Positions 62,837 through 64,000 of a stretch of 64,000 bases of DNA are shown one piece after another. The stretch spans positions 102,734,001 to 102,798,000 of the forward strand of contig NC_043004.1 in the NCBI RefSeq assembly GCF_006345805.1, written 5' to 3'. This DNA comes from Octopus sinensis. Lineage: Eukaryota. The notes beneath the pieces are model-generated. The model did no database searches. It had not been told where the DNA came from and saw nothing but the letters and a program-made list of their open reading frames with translations. Numbering within the stretch: position 1 is the stretch's first letter; each line of letters opens with the position of its first letter. A program made the position numbers and the translations under genes.

Positions 62837-64000
62837 AACAACATCAGAGATTTCCAGACCATTAAGAAAGGCGCAAAAAAAAAATGTGGCTACTTAAGAA
62901 AATGATGTGAGTCAGTTAACCAGAATGGAATGGATGATTACAACTACTACTAATATAAGTAACACAAACAACAGCTGTGATGACAATAACAATTGCTTCA
63001 CACGATTAATTTGAAAGAGTCTTGATTTTAATCTCAATCAAATGGTCTGGGAGTGATATAGATCAGAAATTTAGTAATTAGATTCCTACATTTTAAAAGA
63101 ATTCCTAAGCTCATCCTACTTACTATTTCTTGTTTGTGGCTTAGTCAGAGGGAGAAAGGCAAGGCTGGAAAATAAAAGAGAGGAAGTACTACAATTAAGA
63201 TATTCACAGACTAGAGACCTACCCTAAATACTCATAATACAAGAAACTCACTGAAGGTACCCACAAGTCAGGTAAGTGGTGGTGGTGGCAGTATTAATCT
63301 ATTCAACAGGTTATTGCACAGTTTCTGGTGACCAAATTTCACTCAAGGCTTTGGTCAATTTGAGGCTACAACTGAAAAAGACACTTGTCAAATATGACAC
63401 AGTGGGGTCAAACACATAATGACAGGATTCTAAAGTGAACCTCTTAACTACATGGCCATGTCCGAGTCTGTAGTATATATTCTAGCCATGATCATCCCAC
63501 AGTAAATTTACTACTACTACTACTGTTAGTTTTCTGTTGTTCCTTTTATGTAAGAGTTGCATGCCCCACTAATGTTAAGTCAATTTGGTCACATCTTCCT
63601 TTCCCATTCATTTCAATCTTCACCAATACACTGATGATGAAACATCTCAGATCACAGTTAATTATTATAATACTTCTTCAGATGATACACATGGCAAGTG
63701 ACATTTACATCTTTGGCCTGTTTTCTCACTCTCAAAGAAATTATTTGAAATTCGAATTTCAAATAACATCAAATAGCATATTCACCAGGACTGTGTGTGT
63801 ATAACTTAGTCAAGAGTGATTAGTGTTTAGAAGTTGAAAGATATTTAAGGACTTTCTACCTTTATTGGTTATTTGGTATCAATGTAGTTACTGCCATATG
63901 AAGAAGGCTACACTGTTGTTCAGCTTCTTTGAGTGAGAAAACAGGCCAAAAATGTAAATGTCACTTGCCATGTGTATATATGACATACAAAGTGTACCAA

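Overview
AT-rich, repeat-dense eukaryotic (metazoan) DNA. The SINE set, RTE/CR1 fragments and abundant (TA)n/(CA)n/(GA)n tracts are most consistent with an octopus or other coleoid genome (inference, not checked by search). No intact, nameable host gene is visible. The window reads like large-intron or intergenic sequence. An apparent A>T skew on + (judged by eye) and several minus-strand splice-site-bounded segments hint at an unidentified minus-strand gene. Most ORF-track entries are by-products of microsatellites or repeats. Supported content: many tRNA-derived SINEs (CORE-like and Meta-like), 5'-truncated RTE and CR1 LINE pieces (one young RTE with an open frame and 8-bp TSD), a mariner relic, and hAT, Tigger, TTAA-type and Helentron-like non-autonomous elements. 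Highlights: (1) a set of Penelope-type minimal hammerhead ribozyme motifs, mostly in (TA)n-embedded and often fold-back cassettes; (2) a Tc1-like TIR element (33941-34623) that appears to carry a captured WD40-like host exon; (3) a 2.7-kb multi-level higher-order tandem array built from an RTE LINE 3' UTR (24771-27436). Coordinates of degenerate repeats are approximate.
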